This document shows positions 26,020-39,786 of a DNA stretch of 64,000 nucleotides, piece after piece. The position numbers were made by a program, and so were the translations under genes. Source of the stretch: the human T2T-CHM13v2.0 reference genome, Homo sapiens. The notes beneath the pieces are model-generated. The model did no database searches and was not told the origin of the DNA. It saw nothing but the letters and a program-made list of their open reading frames with translations. Within the stretch, counting starts at the first letter, position 1; each line of letters opens with the position of its first letter. The stretch is from NCBI RefSeq assembly GCF_009914755.1, contig NC_060928.1. One strand, 5' to 3'.

Positions 26020-26285
26020 TGTGAGTGGTGTGTTTGTTCATGAGTGTGTGTGCCCATGAGTTTGTGCATGAGTGTGTGTGTGCATGGTGTGTGTATGAGT
26101 GTGCATGCACAGGCCTGGTGTGTGCATGAGTGTGTGTGCTTGGTGTGTGTATGAGTGAGTGTATGTGCATGGGTTTGTGTATATGTCTGTGCATGAGTGT
26201 GTGTGCATGAGTGTGCATACATGGGGTGGTATGTGTACACAGTGTGTGTCTGAGTGTGTGTGCGCAGGCCTGTGTGTGTGCACAG
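26020..26285. repeat. TG-rich simple repeat with interspersed TGCATG
   Basis: tgagtgtgtgtgtgcatg-type units. Confidence 0.93.
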
Positions 26286-26987
26286 AGTGGGAGGTAGGCT
26301 CCTGCCCACTGTCTTTTTCTAGAGGCCATCTTTGGCTCCCTATGGACCCTCTGTTTGTGCTGCTGGCATAGTCAGGATGCCTGGAACCCTGTTCCAAGTC
26401 AGAGGTGTTGGGAGCCTCCAGCTGCTTTCATCCCTCTCCCTCTCAGGGGCACTTTCTTGACTCCACCCCAGGCCGAGTCCCTGTGTGAAACTCCTTTAGG
26501 GATCAGTGTTTTCCACTCCAGGATGGAGGTCAGTGCCCGGTGGGGCCTCAAGGCAGTAGGAGCACCCCCACCCCCGCCTCCAACCCCCTGCCCCTTCTGC
26601 TGCTCCAGCCTGGCTGGCTACCTTGGGCTTTGTTGAGCAGCTTCTCCTCTGGTCACCTTTCCAGGGGGCAGCTGGGGACTTTTCTGGCCTGTGTGTTTGG
26701 GGTGGGGGTAGATGGGCTCCGTATTTGGGGTGGACACCTGCTCTTCTTCCGATGCCAGGTTGACCCTTACATGAAACCCATCCCCTTCCTGGGTTTCTAG
26801 AGCGGTGTCAGACTGGCCTGTTACACTGAGCACTGGTGGGTTTGGTAACTTGAATGAAGGGCGTGACCAGTTGGAGTTGATATTGCAGACATGCCAGCAA
26901 CCTCAGGGCAGTTCCTAAAGGTGCCCACTGGCCACCCACAGCTCCTTGCCCACCCCACACATCTCTTCTTCACTCCCCCTCTTCCCA

Positions 26988-27106
26988 CCAGCACCCTGTC
27001 CTCTCTCTCCAGCACCCTGTCATCTCTCTCCAGCACCCTGTCGTCTCGCTCCAGCACCCTGTCCTCTCTCTCTAGCACCCTGTCTTCTCTCTCCAGCACC
27101 CTGTCT
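26988..27106. repeat. Minisatellite, 21-bp unit x5.7
   Basis: ccagcaccctgtcNtctctct at 26988, 27009, 27030, 27051, 27072, 27093. Confidence 0.97.
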
Positions 27107-27489
27107 GTCCTCTTTCTGCTCTTCCTTGTGCCTCCCCAGGATAAAGCCACAGACCCTGCCCGTGCACAGCAGCAGCAGCAGAGACACACCTCTGGTGTGG
27201 CACCCTCCATGCCAAGACCTCCTGCTCTCTGGCCCTCTCCTACTGAGAAGAGTTCTGGGGCCCATGGTTCTGGTATTTTGGAGCTTTTCAGAGCCCTGGG
27301 CAGAATTCTCTCTCCTCTGCAACTTCCCATCCTGCCCTGCACACTGGACCGTGGTGCCTGGGTCTAGCACCAGGCGGGCTGGGAGCCCCTTGGTTGTCAG
27401 GGTTGTCAGCACTTGGAAAGGTCTAAATCACCGGGCGCACGCTGGCACTTCTGTGGCACCTCCCGTGCTGCAGGTGTTTTCTCTCCTGT

Positions 27490-27600
27490 GTGCAAGTGTG
27501 GAAGCTCCAGAGAGGTTAAGTGATTGGCCCTCGGTTGCCCAGTGAATCGGAGATGCCACTGGTGATGGAGCTCAGGCTTCCTGACTTCTGGTCTCGTTTC
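27490..27600 (-). mobile_element. MIR fragment
   Basis: gaagctccagagaggttaagtgattggccc...caggcttcctgacttc. Confidence 0.7.
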
Positions 27601-28489
27601 CTAGCAACGCAGGACTCAGGGACCCAGAGCTCTTTTTATGTACCTGTAAACCACACGGGAGCCTCAGCCCGTCTGGCAGCCAAATCTATCTTTAGCAAGT
27701 GTGAGAACGCTGAGGCCTTTCCCTTGAGGCAGGTCCCGATCAAAAGCTAGTTTGGACTTGAGCAGAGGGGCCTGGTTGACACCGGGCGACACAGACGATG
27801 GGCTCTTTGTCGGAAGCATTTGAAATGGGGGAGTGAGAACCTGCCCTCCACACAGGCATGTGGCTTTGGCTTGCTGCTGAAGATTTTTGAGGTATTTTCA
27901 GCTTTTTTAGTGCCTCTGAAATGGAGCTGCCAAGCAGTGGGAATGGAATTCGGTTTGATGAGTGGTTACCATACACCTTCTTTCCTCGAGGCTCTGGGCT
28001 ACCTGCTGGGGTCAAGCGTGGGCGGGGACGAGAGTTGGCCCAGCTGTGCCCTTGTGTAGCTGTGTCCAGGCTGGGGAGAGGGCCTGAGGCCCGCGTAATC
28101 CACCGGGAGAGGAGATACCCAGTGAGTGCTGTGGTCGCCAGGCCTTGGTAGGTGCCAGCTGGATGTTCTGCGAGCTTATGCCCTCTCCGGAGCAGCTCTG
28201 CAAGCCAGGGGTGTCACCCGCAGTAGGCAGGGCTCAGAATGGGGGTTCAAGGAGCAGGCGCTGGGAAATGGGGGGATTCAAACTCAAAGGCTATGAGTTT
28301 TCCATTCTGAAAGGCTTCTTAGAGAAGGGTAAGGAATGGGTGGATTTGGGGAATTTGGAACTGGGGAGAAAGAGCTCCCAGGAACAGGAGCAGCAGGGAA
28401 GACCCTGGGGGATGGAGAGCCAGCAGTCATGCTTGTGCGTGGAGAGCTGACGGCTCTGGAGTCCTGCCCTGGCTGGGCCTCTGCTGGGC

Positions 28490-28628
28490 AGCATAACTGT
28501 GTCATCACATTTAATCTCCTCCACAACTCATGGAGGTAGACACTATCATCACCCCCATTTTAGAAATGAGGAAACTCAGTCACAGAGAAGTTAAGACAGT
28601 TGTCCAAGGTTACACAGCCTTGAATGCG
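28490..28628 (-). mobile_element. MIR
   Basis: catttaatctcctccacaac...ggaggtagacactatcatcaccccattttagaaatgaggaaactcagtcacagagaagttaag. Confidence 0.85.
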
Positions 28629-28736
28629 GGGAGTGACACCAGCAGGGCCAGAGGTGTGTGTTCCTCAGAGCAGCCTCCCTATCCACATTGACCGGCTTTA
28701 AAAACGGCATTTATTAAATACATTTTCATAATAATG

Positions 28737-28811
28737 AAGTACAACTTCGGTATACTTTGTGAATTGGCTTTTACAAAAGACCAACTCACGAAGTATACCG
28801 AAGTCATACTT
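28737..28811 (+). ncRNA. MIR4798: microRNA precursor hsa-mir-4798 (5p 28746-28767, 3p 28783-28804)
   Basis: Near-perfect hairpin seen directly; arms ttcggtatactttgtgaattgg and aactcacgaagtataccgaagt match recalled miR-4798-5p/-3p. Confidence 0.9.
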
Positions 28812-29199
28812 GATTACAACTAAAAATGGTTTGTGAACCACCATACTAGTTGCCCCATGAGGCCCCCTCGGACAGGATCAAGTTCCACTTCCAGAAACGC
28901 TAAAACGCAGCCCGGAGATCTGCTCAGCCTGATGCACACACCCCAGGGCGGGGGCACAAGGCAGACGGGAGCTGGAGCTGAGTCTGCAGAGTCTTCCACG
29001 GTTCTGACCTTGGATTTGAGTTTGTCCCTGAAGATTCTAGGCTGCGAAGATAGAATTGTATCAGCAAATCTTGGCCAATCTGCAAAGAGAAAGATGTGAA
29101 TGAAACTGCTCCCATGAGTCAGTAATGCAGGTCAGCGTATTTCAGAGCAAAGCACTCACCATCAGCTAGAACAACATACCAGCTTTCTGCAGGGTTTCA

Positions 29200-30580
<1,381 letters not shown>

Positions 30581-31554
30581 TCTCACACTCAAGCACCGAT
30601 CAGCCCTCAGCTGGACCCTGAGAAGCTCCCACTCCGGTCTATTGATCTTGTCCTGGCTCTGCACCCAAGCTGGGATGCCCCTCATGGGTTTTGCTCGGAT
30701 CAGGGCACAATGACCCCTCTGATGCCTCTGCCCATTTCTCCCTTGGCCCCCTTTCTGTTCTGTTTCTCATCCTGGCTCCCCCTTCTCTAGTACCTACCTG
30801 TCTCTGGTGTTAGCAAGGCCTGGAGCTTCTTTCTGGGTCTCTCAGTTTCTAGCCTGGGTCAGCATCCTCTGCCCTCCCTCCTATGTCAAGCTTGCCCTCT
30901 GTTCTGTGCTGTGAGTGTGGACATTTGTGGAGCCAGGCTATGCAGAAAGGGCTCCTGTCCATTACCTTGGGGTTACCCTGCTGTGTGCCAGGTACGTTGC
31001 AGAGTGCCCGGGGACAAGACGGAGCAAATGTCACGCCCCTGCTTACAGAGGAGCTCTGGCTTCCACTGCAGTTCAGGAGGAGGTCCCCAGCCCTCTGAGC
31101 TGGCTGCTCTGCAGGTCAGGGGCCTTTTCTTTGCAACAAGTGTGATATTGGGTGTCATGGGACTTCTAGACCAGCAGAAGGGCCTGGTGGATCTCCAGGG
31201 CTCCCTGCAGAGCTGCAGCTGGCTGAGCAGCGACTGTCCTGATAGCTGGCTCCAGGGGACCTGCTGATCTTCCAAGGCCTCGGGAACAGCATGTGTAGCT
31301 GGGCAGAGGCCTGCGAGGACTGGGGGTCCTCTAGGACCCCTGAGAGTCAGCCTGTGTATATGGATTCCCTGCTGTGCTCATGGCCCAGACTGTGGGAGTA
31401 CAACATGGTTAATTTCACCCAAGCAAATGAGCTACCTCAATGATGGATTCCATTTCCGATGCATTCATTGTGCACCAACGTGTAGGAAAGCAATGGGAAT
31501 ACAAATATGATGGATTTAGCTCAACGTGCGCTGTGGGCATGATCTGGTTTGGAT

Positions 31555-31850
31555 GCTCATGCATCATTCATTCAGTTGTTAGAAAATCATGGAGTGCCTC
31601 CTGAGTGCTGGGCTCTGGGGACACACAGCAGGGAAGGCGCAGTCCTCCTCCTAAAGCCCTCACCGTCTGGGGGAAGACAGGCCCAGAAGAGGGGAATGCA
31701 AATGTCAGGCTGCTCTCTGGGTTGCGCAAGAGAAGAACGAGAGGGTGAAGGGAGGAGGAGCGGAGATGCTGGGGTGGTCACTGGAGCGGAGGTCGGGGAG
31801 AGGGTGTTCCAGGCACGGGGAGGAAGGAGGGGCTGAGCCCGGGGACAGAC
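31555..31850 (-). mobile_element. L2 3' fragment
   Basis: tcattcattcag...gagtgcctcctgagtgctgggctctggggacacacagcagggaa. Confidence 0.65.
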
Positions 31851-32442
31851 AGAAAGACCTCTTTGGGCCATGCCAGGGATTGTGGAAGGGCCATAGATGA
31901 AACTGGCCTGGACAATGTCTCTTTTCCAGAAACTTGCCTGGCCTTGTCTGTTTTGGATGGCCGCACTGCCGGCTTCACTGCCTCTCGCCTCCCCTTGTCT
32001 CTGGTCTGACAGTAATGCTGTCCCGGAAGGATGTGTTCAGAGACGGGCTGGATGATGTCACCCCCCTGCTCAGAACCCTCCAGCAGCTCCCCTGTGCTGT
32101 GAGATCAAATCCCAGCCTCTGTGACTTGGTCCATCCTGTTTTCAGGGGCCCTATCTCTTCTGTTCCCTTAGCCTGGGAGGCCCTGTCCCATTGAGGGCAG
32201 GAGTGGTGGCATCTTCATCTGCTGCAGACCCCAGAGCCCACCATGCCACAGGTGCTCAGAGTACAGGAGTGACATTCGGGGACATGCCTGTGTGGCAGCT
32301 GGGATTTTGTCCAGGAAACTTCCAGAAACTTTCCCAGAGGCTGGAGCCCCCAGATCCCCAACCCGTGGTGCTTCCAGCAGCACATCTGCTTCTCTTTTTT
32401 GCCTGGAGTCGGGATCCTCCCTGCCTCTGTGCCGTGCGGTGA

Positions 32443-32924
<482 letters not shown>

Positions 32925-32960
32925 AATCATGGACTTTCTTAATACATCTGGATTAATTGA

Positions 32961-33581
<621 letters not shown>

Positions 33582-34189
33582 TGAGATCATGGTGTCAGTA
33601 CTTGGTGTGTAGTAGGTGCTCAATACATGCTCATTCTCATTTCCATTCTTGCCACTCACATTCTTGGCTCTGGCCAATGGCCAGGCAGCATGGCCTGAAT
33701 CAATCCAGGCAATGAACAGTGACTGGCTGTCTGCTCTGGGGCAGGCCAGGGCTGGTGCGGTGGAGGAGAGGGACACCACTGGTCCTGGACCTGGAGTAGC
33801 CCAGGGTCTGGGGAGACACAGACCAGGAATGTGAGGACTTTGCTGTGGTGCGCCACCTCTCTCCCACCCTGTGATTTGCTCATGTCCTCTTTCCTCCCAG
33901 GAGGATCCTCCCTGCCCCTCCTATGGTGATTTTTGCAAGGACAGCCCAAATGTCACCTCTTCCATGAAGCCTTCCTTTCTCCCTGTGAGGACTCTCTCAC
34001 CTCTGAAGGTCCTTGGCTGCTTCTGCCATCTGCTCTGGTTACTTATGTCCATAGCTTCTCTCCCCAGTGACTAGCTGTGGGCTCCATGTCTCTACCTCTT
34101 TGTCTTCCCCAGCAGTGTGGGGGAGTGGGGGAGGAAGAGGGGAGAAGCCTGGTACACATCACCCAACCTACCATTTCTGCCTCCATCTG

Positions 34190-34570
34190 TCACCATCCAT
34201 TCATCCACCCATCCATCCTATCTTCCTTCCATCTACCCATCTATTTATCCATCCATCCATCCATTCATATATTCATCTATCCTTTCTATCCACCCATTCA
34301 TCCATCCAACCATCCAGCTAGCTTTCCTTCCTTCCATCCATCTGTGCATCTGTCCATCCATCTATCCATCCATCCTTTTTTCCTTCTATCTACCATCCAT
34401 TTATCTATTCATCCATCCATTCATCCATCCATCTATCCCTCCTATTCACCCATTCATCCATCCAACCATCCAGCTAGCTTTCCTTCCATCCATCCATCCA
34501 TCCACCCATCCATCCATCCATCCACGCATCCATTCGTGCATCCATCCTTCCATTCATGTATCCATCCAAA
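34190..34570. repeat. (CATC)n microsatellite, L2-tail derived, with ~156-bp higher-order duplication
   Basis: ccat/tcat units; 41-bp block cacccattcatccatccaaccatccagctagctttccttcc identical at 34291 and 34447; followed by an antisense L2 end. Confidence 0.93.
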
Positions 34571-36171
34571 CAAACAAAAAAATTTTTTTTGGACATCTCT
34601 CATATCCCAGACACTGTGCTGTGTGTCTGGGATATAGGAAGAAACACAGAAAGGATTTCATTCCATGAACTTCCACTGAGCATCTTCTATATGCCAGTTT
34701 AGCCTCAGCCCAAGCACAAAATGTTTGGGACAAGTAAGTGGATACAAACTAAGGACTCAGCATGGTACCCAGTATGTGCTCTGCAAGAGTTGGCTCTCAT
34801 GTCGTCATTATTACTGGCATCACGACCCTGGACAAGTTATCTGACCTTCCCGCGCCTTTACACAGATTAAATGTGATAACGAATTTAAAGTGCTTGGCTT
34901 AGAAAATGTTAACTCTTATTATTAGCTATTAAGGATGACAAGGGTGAATTATGGAAGAGTGCTGAAGTGTTCTGTTCATAGTAGAAATAAATGGGGACTG
35001 GAAGGCTGAGTTCTTGTACAGTTCCCAGCCATTCTGAATGTGTTACCAAAAGCACTAGCCCACACTCCCCCGTGGAGGAATCATAGCTGGCTAGAGGCAT
35101 GTTGCCACCTCCTGAGGAAGAAGTGAGACCCCAGGGGCTGGTGACCACTCTCAAGCTCCTGAGTTTTTGAGTGAAGGGATTTGAGTCTCTTGTGGCTTCT
35201 GGTTTTGTTACCAGAACCATCTCCCCTGACAGCAGACAGACTTCCACAGGTTCTGAATGCAAGCGCCCGGGGTCAGAAGGTTGCATGGAGACCCTGTTAC
35301 TCTCTCCAAGCAGCCATAGAGTCAGAGACTGTTGGGGCACCAGAATAAAGCTTCAAGGTCCCCAGTGTCCAGAAGCGTCAATGTGTGCAGATCAAGAGCT
35401 TGCTCAGTCAACATTAATAAATGGCCATGGTGTGCCTGGTGTAGTGTTGAAGGATGGGAACCCTACAGTGACAAAGCTGCCGGTGACTATAGTGATAATA
35501 CAGAGTGCTGGGGGCTATGGGAACCCAGATGAGGCACCTAGCCTGGGGGCATGGAGGGGGCTGTTAAACCAAGACCCAAAAGATGAATAAGGAGCTGACA
35601 GGGCCTGGGCCTATGTGTAAGGCTGGATGAGCCCTCAAGGGTACCTCTGCGTCAACGGAGGCATCCTCAGTGCAGACATGGGTCTTGTTCCATGCCTGGC
35701 ACAGTGATTGGTGCGATGTTCCAGGCATGTCCAATCTGGGCCCCCTCTGGGCGGGCCTGCCACCGCCCTGTGCTTTTTGCTCCTGAGCCCAGGTGGCCAC
35801 TTCTTCCTCCTCTATCACAGCCCCTGCCTCCCTCCAAGGAGCCCTTCCTCTTCCCCACGGGCCTGCGGCACCTCTGGCTCAGTCTGCCTTCCTGTCCCAC
35901 TGGAGGAATCAATGTTTCTTCACCTCTGTTTTCCAGGGCTGAGGCTTAGGACTTGGGGGCCTAAGCCTCCCTTTGTCTTAAACCAGCTGTGAGGCAGTGA
36001 CATGTGAATTTCACCCGTATCACTTCCAGGCTCCCAGAAGTACCATCTGAAGGTGAGAAGGGGCTTCCGACAGTCACAGGCCACCTCCACCATTCGGCTG
36101 ATTCTACAAATGTACAGAAACCCGAGAGCCCGGTGAGGGCCACAGGAAGGCCCATTGAACGCTGAGCAGGC

Positions 36172-36232
36172 GCCCCTGCCCCCGGAATTTAAATGTTGAA
36201 GTCCTAACCCCTAGCACTTCAGAATGTGACAG
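36172..36232 (+). mobile_element. Short MaLR LTR 5' fragment
   Basis: atgttgaagtcctaacccctagcacttcagaatgtgac. Confidence 0.7.
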
Positions 36233-36369
36233 AAACTTCCAGCAAACGTCTGGAGGCAGGAACCACGAGCACGTGTTCATACAACTGTCCAGCCTGTTTG
36301 ATGTGAAGGACGCAGGGCAGACAGTCGGGTATCGTGCAAAGTGATACAGCAGCAGACATAACTGGAACC

Positions 36370-36575
36370 TCATTATTGAGTACCTACTATGTGCCACACA
36401 TTGGCGGCCATTTTGCATATATACTTGGTTTGGTCCTCTTGTGATCCTGTTGGTAGGTATCTGTACTTTACAGACAGGGAAACCAAGGCTCAGGGAGGTA
36501 AGTCCCTGAAGATTATCCAGCTAAGAGGTGGCAGAGCTAGGTGCTGCACCCTGGTCACCTGGTCCCGAGGTGCTA
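36370..36575 (-). mobile_element. MIR, near full length
   Basis: tattgagtacctactatgtgcca...tttacagacagggaaaccaaggctcagggagg...ggtggcagagctagg. Confidence 0.85.
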
Positions 36576-36734
36576 GTGCTCAAATGTGGTTCTAGCTGGG
36601 CAGGGCTGTTGGTGTGCCACCCCTTGCAAGGCCAATGCACCATACTGGATGCCAGAGACTTGATAGGGAACCCCATCCTGCCCTCAGGGGCCCACAGACC
36701 TCACATTGCAAACCCTAGGGCCTGGTGTCATTTT

Positions 36735-36935
36735 ATCCAGAGCACACACTGGGAGTCAGACACACCTGAGCAAACCTGGCTCTTCCACTTGCCTGTGCAA
36801 CTCACTTTAACTCTTCGTGCCCAGTATTGATGGTAAAATGTCTATCGCATCTATGCCTATGTTGGGAGAAAGATTAAACGAGCTAAGCCATTAGTTCAGT
36901 AACTGGTGCATGGCTAGTACTGTCTCAATCATCGC
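36735..36935 (+). mobile_element. MIR
   Basis: ggagtcagacacacctgagcaaacctggctcttccactt...aagattaaacgag. Confidence 0.7.
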
Positions 36936-36984
36936 GGCTACTCAGCTGTTACCCACACAGCCTCTTATCCACAGCCTGACCATT

Positions 36985-37450
36985 CTTTTTTCCCTTCCAG
37001 GTTTATTGAGGTTGAATTTCCATACCAGAAAATGTGCCGTTTTAGGTGTACAGTACTATGAATTTTGACAAACTTATATAATCACATCAATACCATCACC
37101 ATCAAGATATAGAATAATTTTATCACTCCCCAGAATCCCTTGCGTGCCTTAGTAGCCAGTCTTCTCCTGCCATCTTAATCTCTGACAACTACCGATCTGG
37201 TTTTGGTCTGTATAGTTTTGCCTTTTCCAGGATGCCAGGTAAGTGGAATCACATAGCATAGAGCCTTTTGGGTCTGGCATCTTCCACTTAGCATAATGCA
37301 TTTGCAATTCATCCATGTTGTAGTGTGGGTCAGTAGTTTGTTCTTTTTTACTGAGGAGCAGTATTCCATTGTATGAATAAACCACAGTTTGTATTTTCAT
37401 ATTCAGCATTTAGGCTGTTTCCAGTTTTTGGTGATTATAAATGAGGTGTA
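36985..37450 (-). mobile_element. L1M (L1MB/MC-like) 3' end
   Basis: tttattgaggttgaattt...gtgtacagtactatgaattttgacaaa...atcaagatatagaa...ttcatccatgttgtag...gtattccattgtatgaat. Confidence 0.9.
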
Positions 37451-37682
37451 TTTTTTTTTTAACATGTCTTGTAATTTTTGGTTGATTGTTGGACATTGTG
37501 TATAGAAGAGCTATAAATAATATTATGCCTGGAAATGGGCTGGCTTCCTCTTTCATCAGGCTCTGAGTGTGGCAAGTTCAGTCCTTCTAATCATGAATCG
37601 AGCTGGGTTTGGCTTTTGTTGCCTAAGGAACAAATTGGACCCTCCGACTTGTCTCATCTGACTTACATGGCATTTTCCATCA

Positions 37683-38016
<334 letters not shown>

Positions 38017-38280
38017 CTAAAATCTGGAATGGCTTCTTTAAAAATATAGAAGTTTTTCTGTCACTGGTGGTTCTGTGTTACACATGTTAGCAGTTGGCTT
38101 TTATGGACAAGTGGCTGCCCACCTTGGCCGGGGCCTGTACTTTGCTTTTCTGCAGGCTCCTCTAATCCTTAATGATTCCCCCCACCCTGCCTCTTTCTTT
38201 TATGTTATTTTCCTTGTTCTTACAGATGGTTGAGTTGGTGGTGTGGAGATCCTGAATGATATTCAGTGTACTCTTTTTTA

Positions 38281-38457
<177 letters not shown>

Positions 38458-39199
38458 TCACTTAAAAATATATTTCTACCTCAATGGTTAGAATTAAACT
38501 GATAATCAAAAAAATCAAACGCTGGGGAACACTACTTTTCATAAAAGTAAGCTCAGAGAAAGGCTTGCTTTTCTAGATAGTGTGAATAGCATAGGTGATT
38601 GTGTGCCTTCTACCATCCAGAGATGTGGTTTTAATGATGGACAATGGATCCCCACAGAGGAGAAGGCATTGTACTGATGTCTAGAAAGGATGAACATAGA
38701 AGAGGCCAGGTTTTCTTACATCCACCTGGAGAGTGATATTACCTGCTGGGAAGATTCACATTTGACATTTTACTTTGAGGACACAGCTTTCTGAGTCTGT
38801 TGCCAGATGGCTGGTGTGACAGCTGATGTCTGCCAGACGGCTGCAGGTGGGGGTTTAGAAACACAAACACAGCCACACGTCTGGATGGAGGCTGTTTCCC
38901 AGTGGAAGGCAGGGCCCCGTGACTCTTTGATGAGGTTGGCCAGAGTCATTCTGTACACCTTGGAGGTAGGGCCCTTCCTGTCACTCTCAGTTGTCCATGG
39001 AAGGCTGGGGAAAGGTCAAGGGTGAGATGGAAAGCGTGATTGGAGAGCCAGGATGCTCCTACTCCTTTGTCATTCACACTCGCTCAGTTCATGCATTCAC
39101 TTAAAGAAGGTGATGGGACCCAGCCTCCCTTCCTCCATTCCTCCCTTCCTCCCTTCCCCTCCCCTCCCTCCCTCCCTTCCTTCTTTCCTCTTTCTCCTT

Positions 39200-39637
39200 T
39201 CTTTTTCCTTATATATATAAAATTTCAATAGCTTTTGGGGGTATAAGTGGTTTTTGGTTACATGGATGAATTGTATAGTGGGGAAGTCTGAGATTTTATC
39301 AGCACCCCTCACCTGAGCAGTGGACATTGTATCCAATATGTAATTTTTTATCCCTCAAGCCCGTCACTCCTGTCTCCCTCCTGAGTCTTTAATGTCCATG
39401 ATACTCCTGTGCGTGCCTTTGCCTACCCATAGCTTAGCTCCCATTTATAAGTGAGAACATAGAGTATTTGGTTTTCTGTTCCTAAGTTACTTCACTTAGA
39501 ATAATGGCCTCAGGCTCCATCCAAGTTGCTGCAAAATACACAATTTTATTCCTTTTTATGGCTGAGTAGTATTCCATGTTGTATGTATACCATATTTTCT
39601 TTATTCACTCATTGGTTGATGGGCACTTAGGGTGGTT
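39200..39637 (-). mobile_element. L1PB-like 3' end
   Basis: gtttttggttacatggatgaattgtatagtgg...ttataagtgagaacat...acttcacttagaataatggcctc...tttttatggctgagtagtattccat. Confidence 0.92.
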
Positions 39638-39786
39638 AGAAAACCTTAAGACTCCACCAAAAGACTCCTAGATTTGATAAATGAATTCAGTGAAGTCTCA
39701 GGTTATAAAACCAGTGTCCACAAATCAGTAGCACTGCTCTACACCAACAATGCCCAGGCTGAGAATCAAATCAAGAACTCAATCCC
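39638..39786 (+). mobile_element. Inverted L1 ORF2 (RT region) fragment fused to the L1PB 3' end
   Basis: Translates to ...INEFSEVSGYKTSVHKSVALLYTNNAQAENQIKNSIP, the L1 ORF2p segment following the catalytic F/YADD motif. Confidence 0.9.

Noticed and set aside
25458-26397. His/Thr-rich ORFs up to 283 aa
   Set aside because: Translation of the CA/TG simple repeat.
26821-27367. ORFs with heptad repeats (EREDRVL / STLSSLS) resembling a coiled coil
   Set aside because: Artefact of a 21-bp tandem repeat that is open on both strands.
31323-31340. Short palindromes (ggggtcct-ct-aggacccc; agcacgg/ccgtgct near 4261; catctgcagatg near 43427)
   Set aside because: Lengths expected by chance in 64 kb of GC-rich sequence.
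34067-34668. IHPS-repeat ORFs, and WMDG-repeat ORFs at 56288-56949
   Set aside because: Translations of (CATC)n and (GGAT)n microsatellites.
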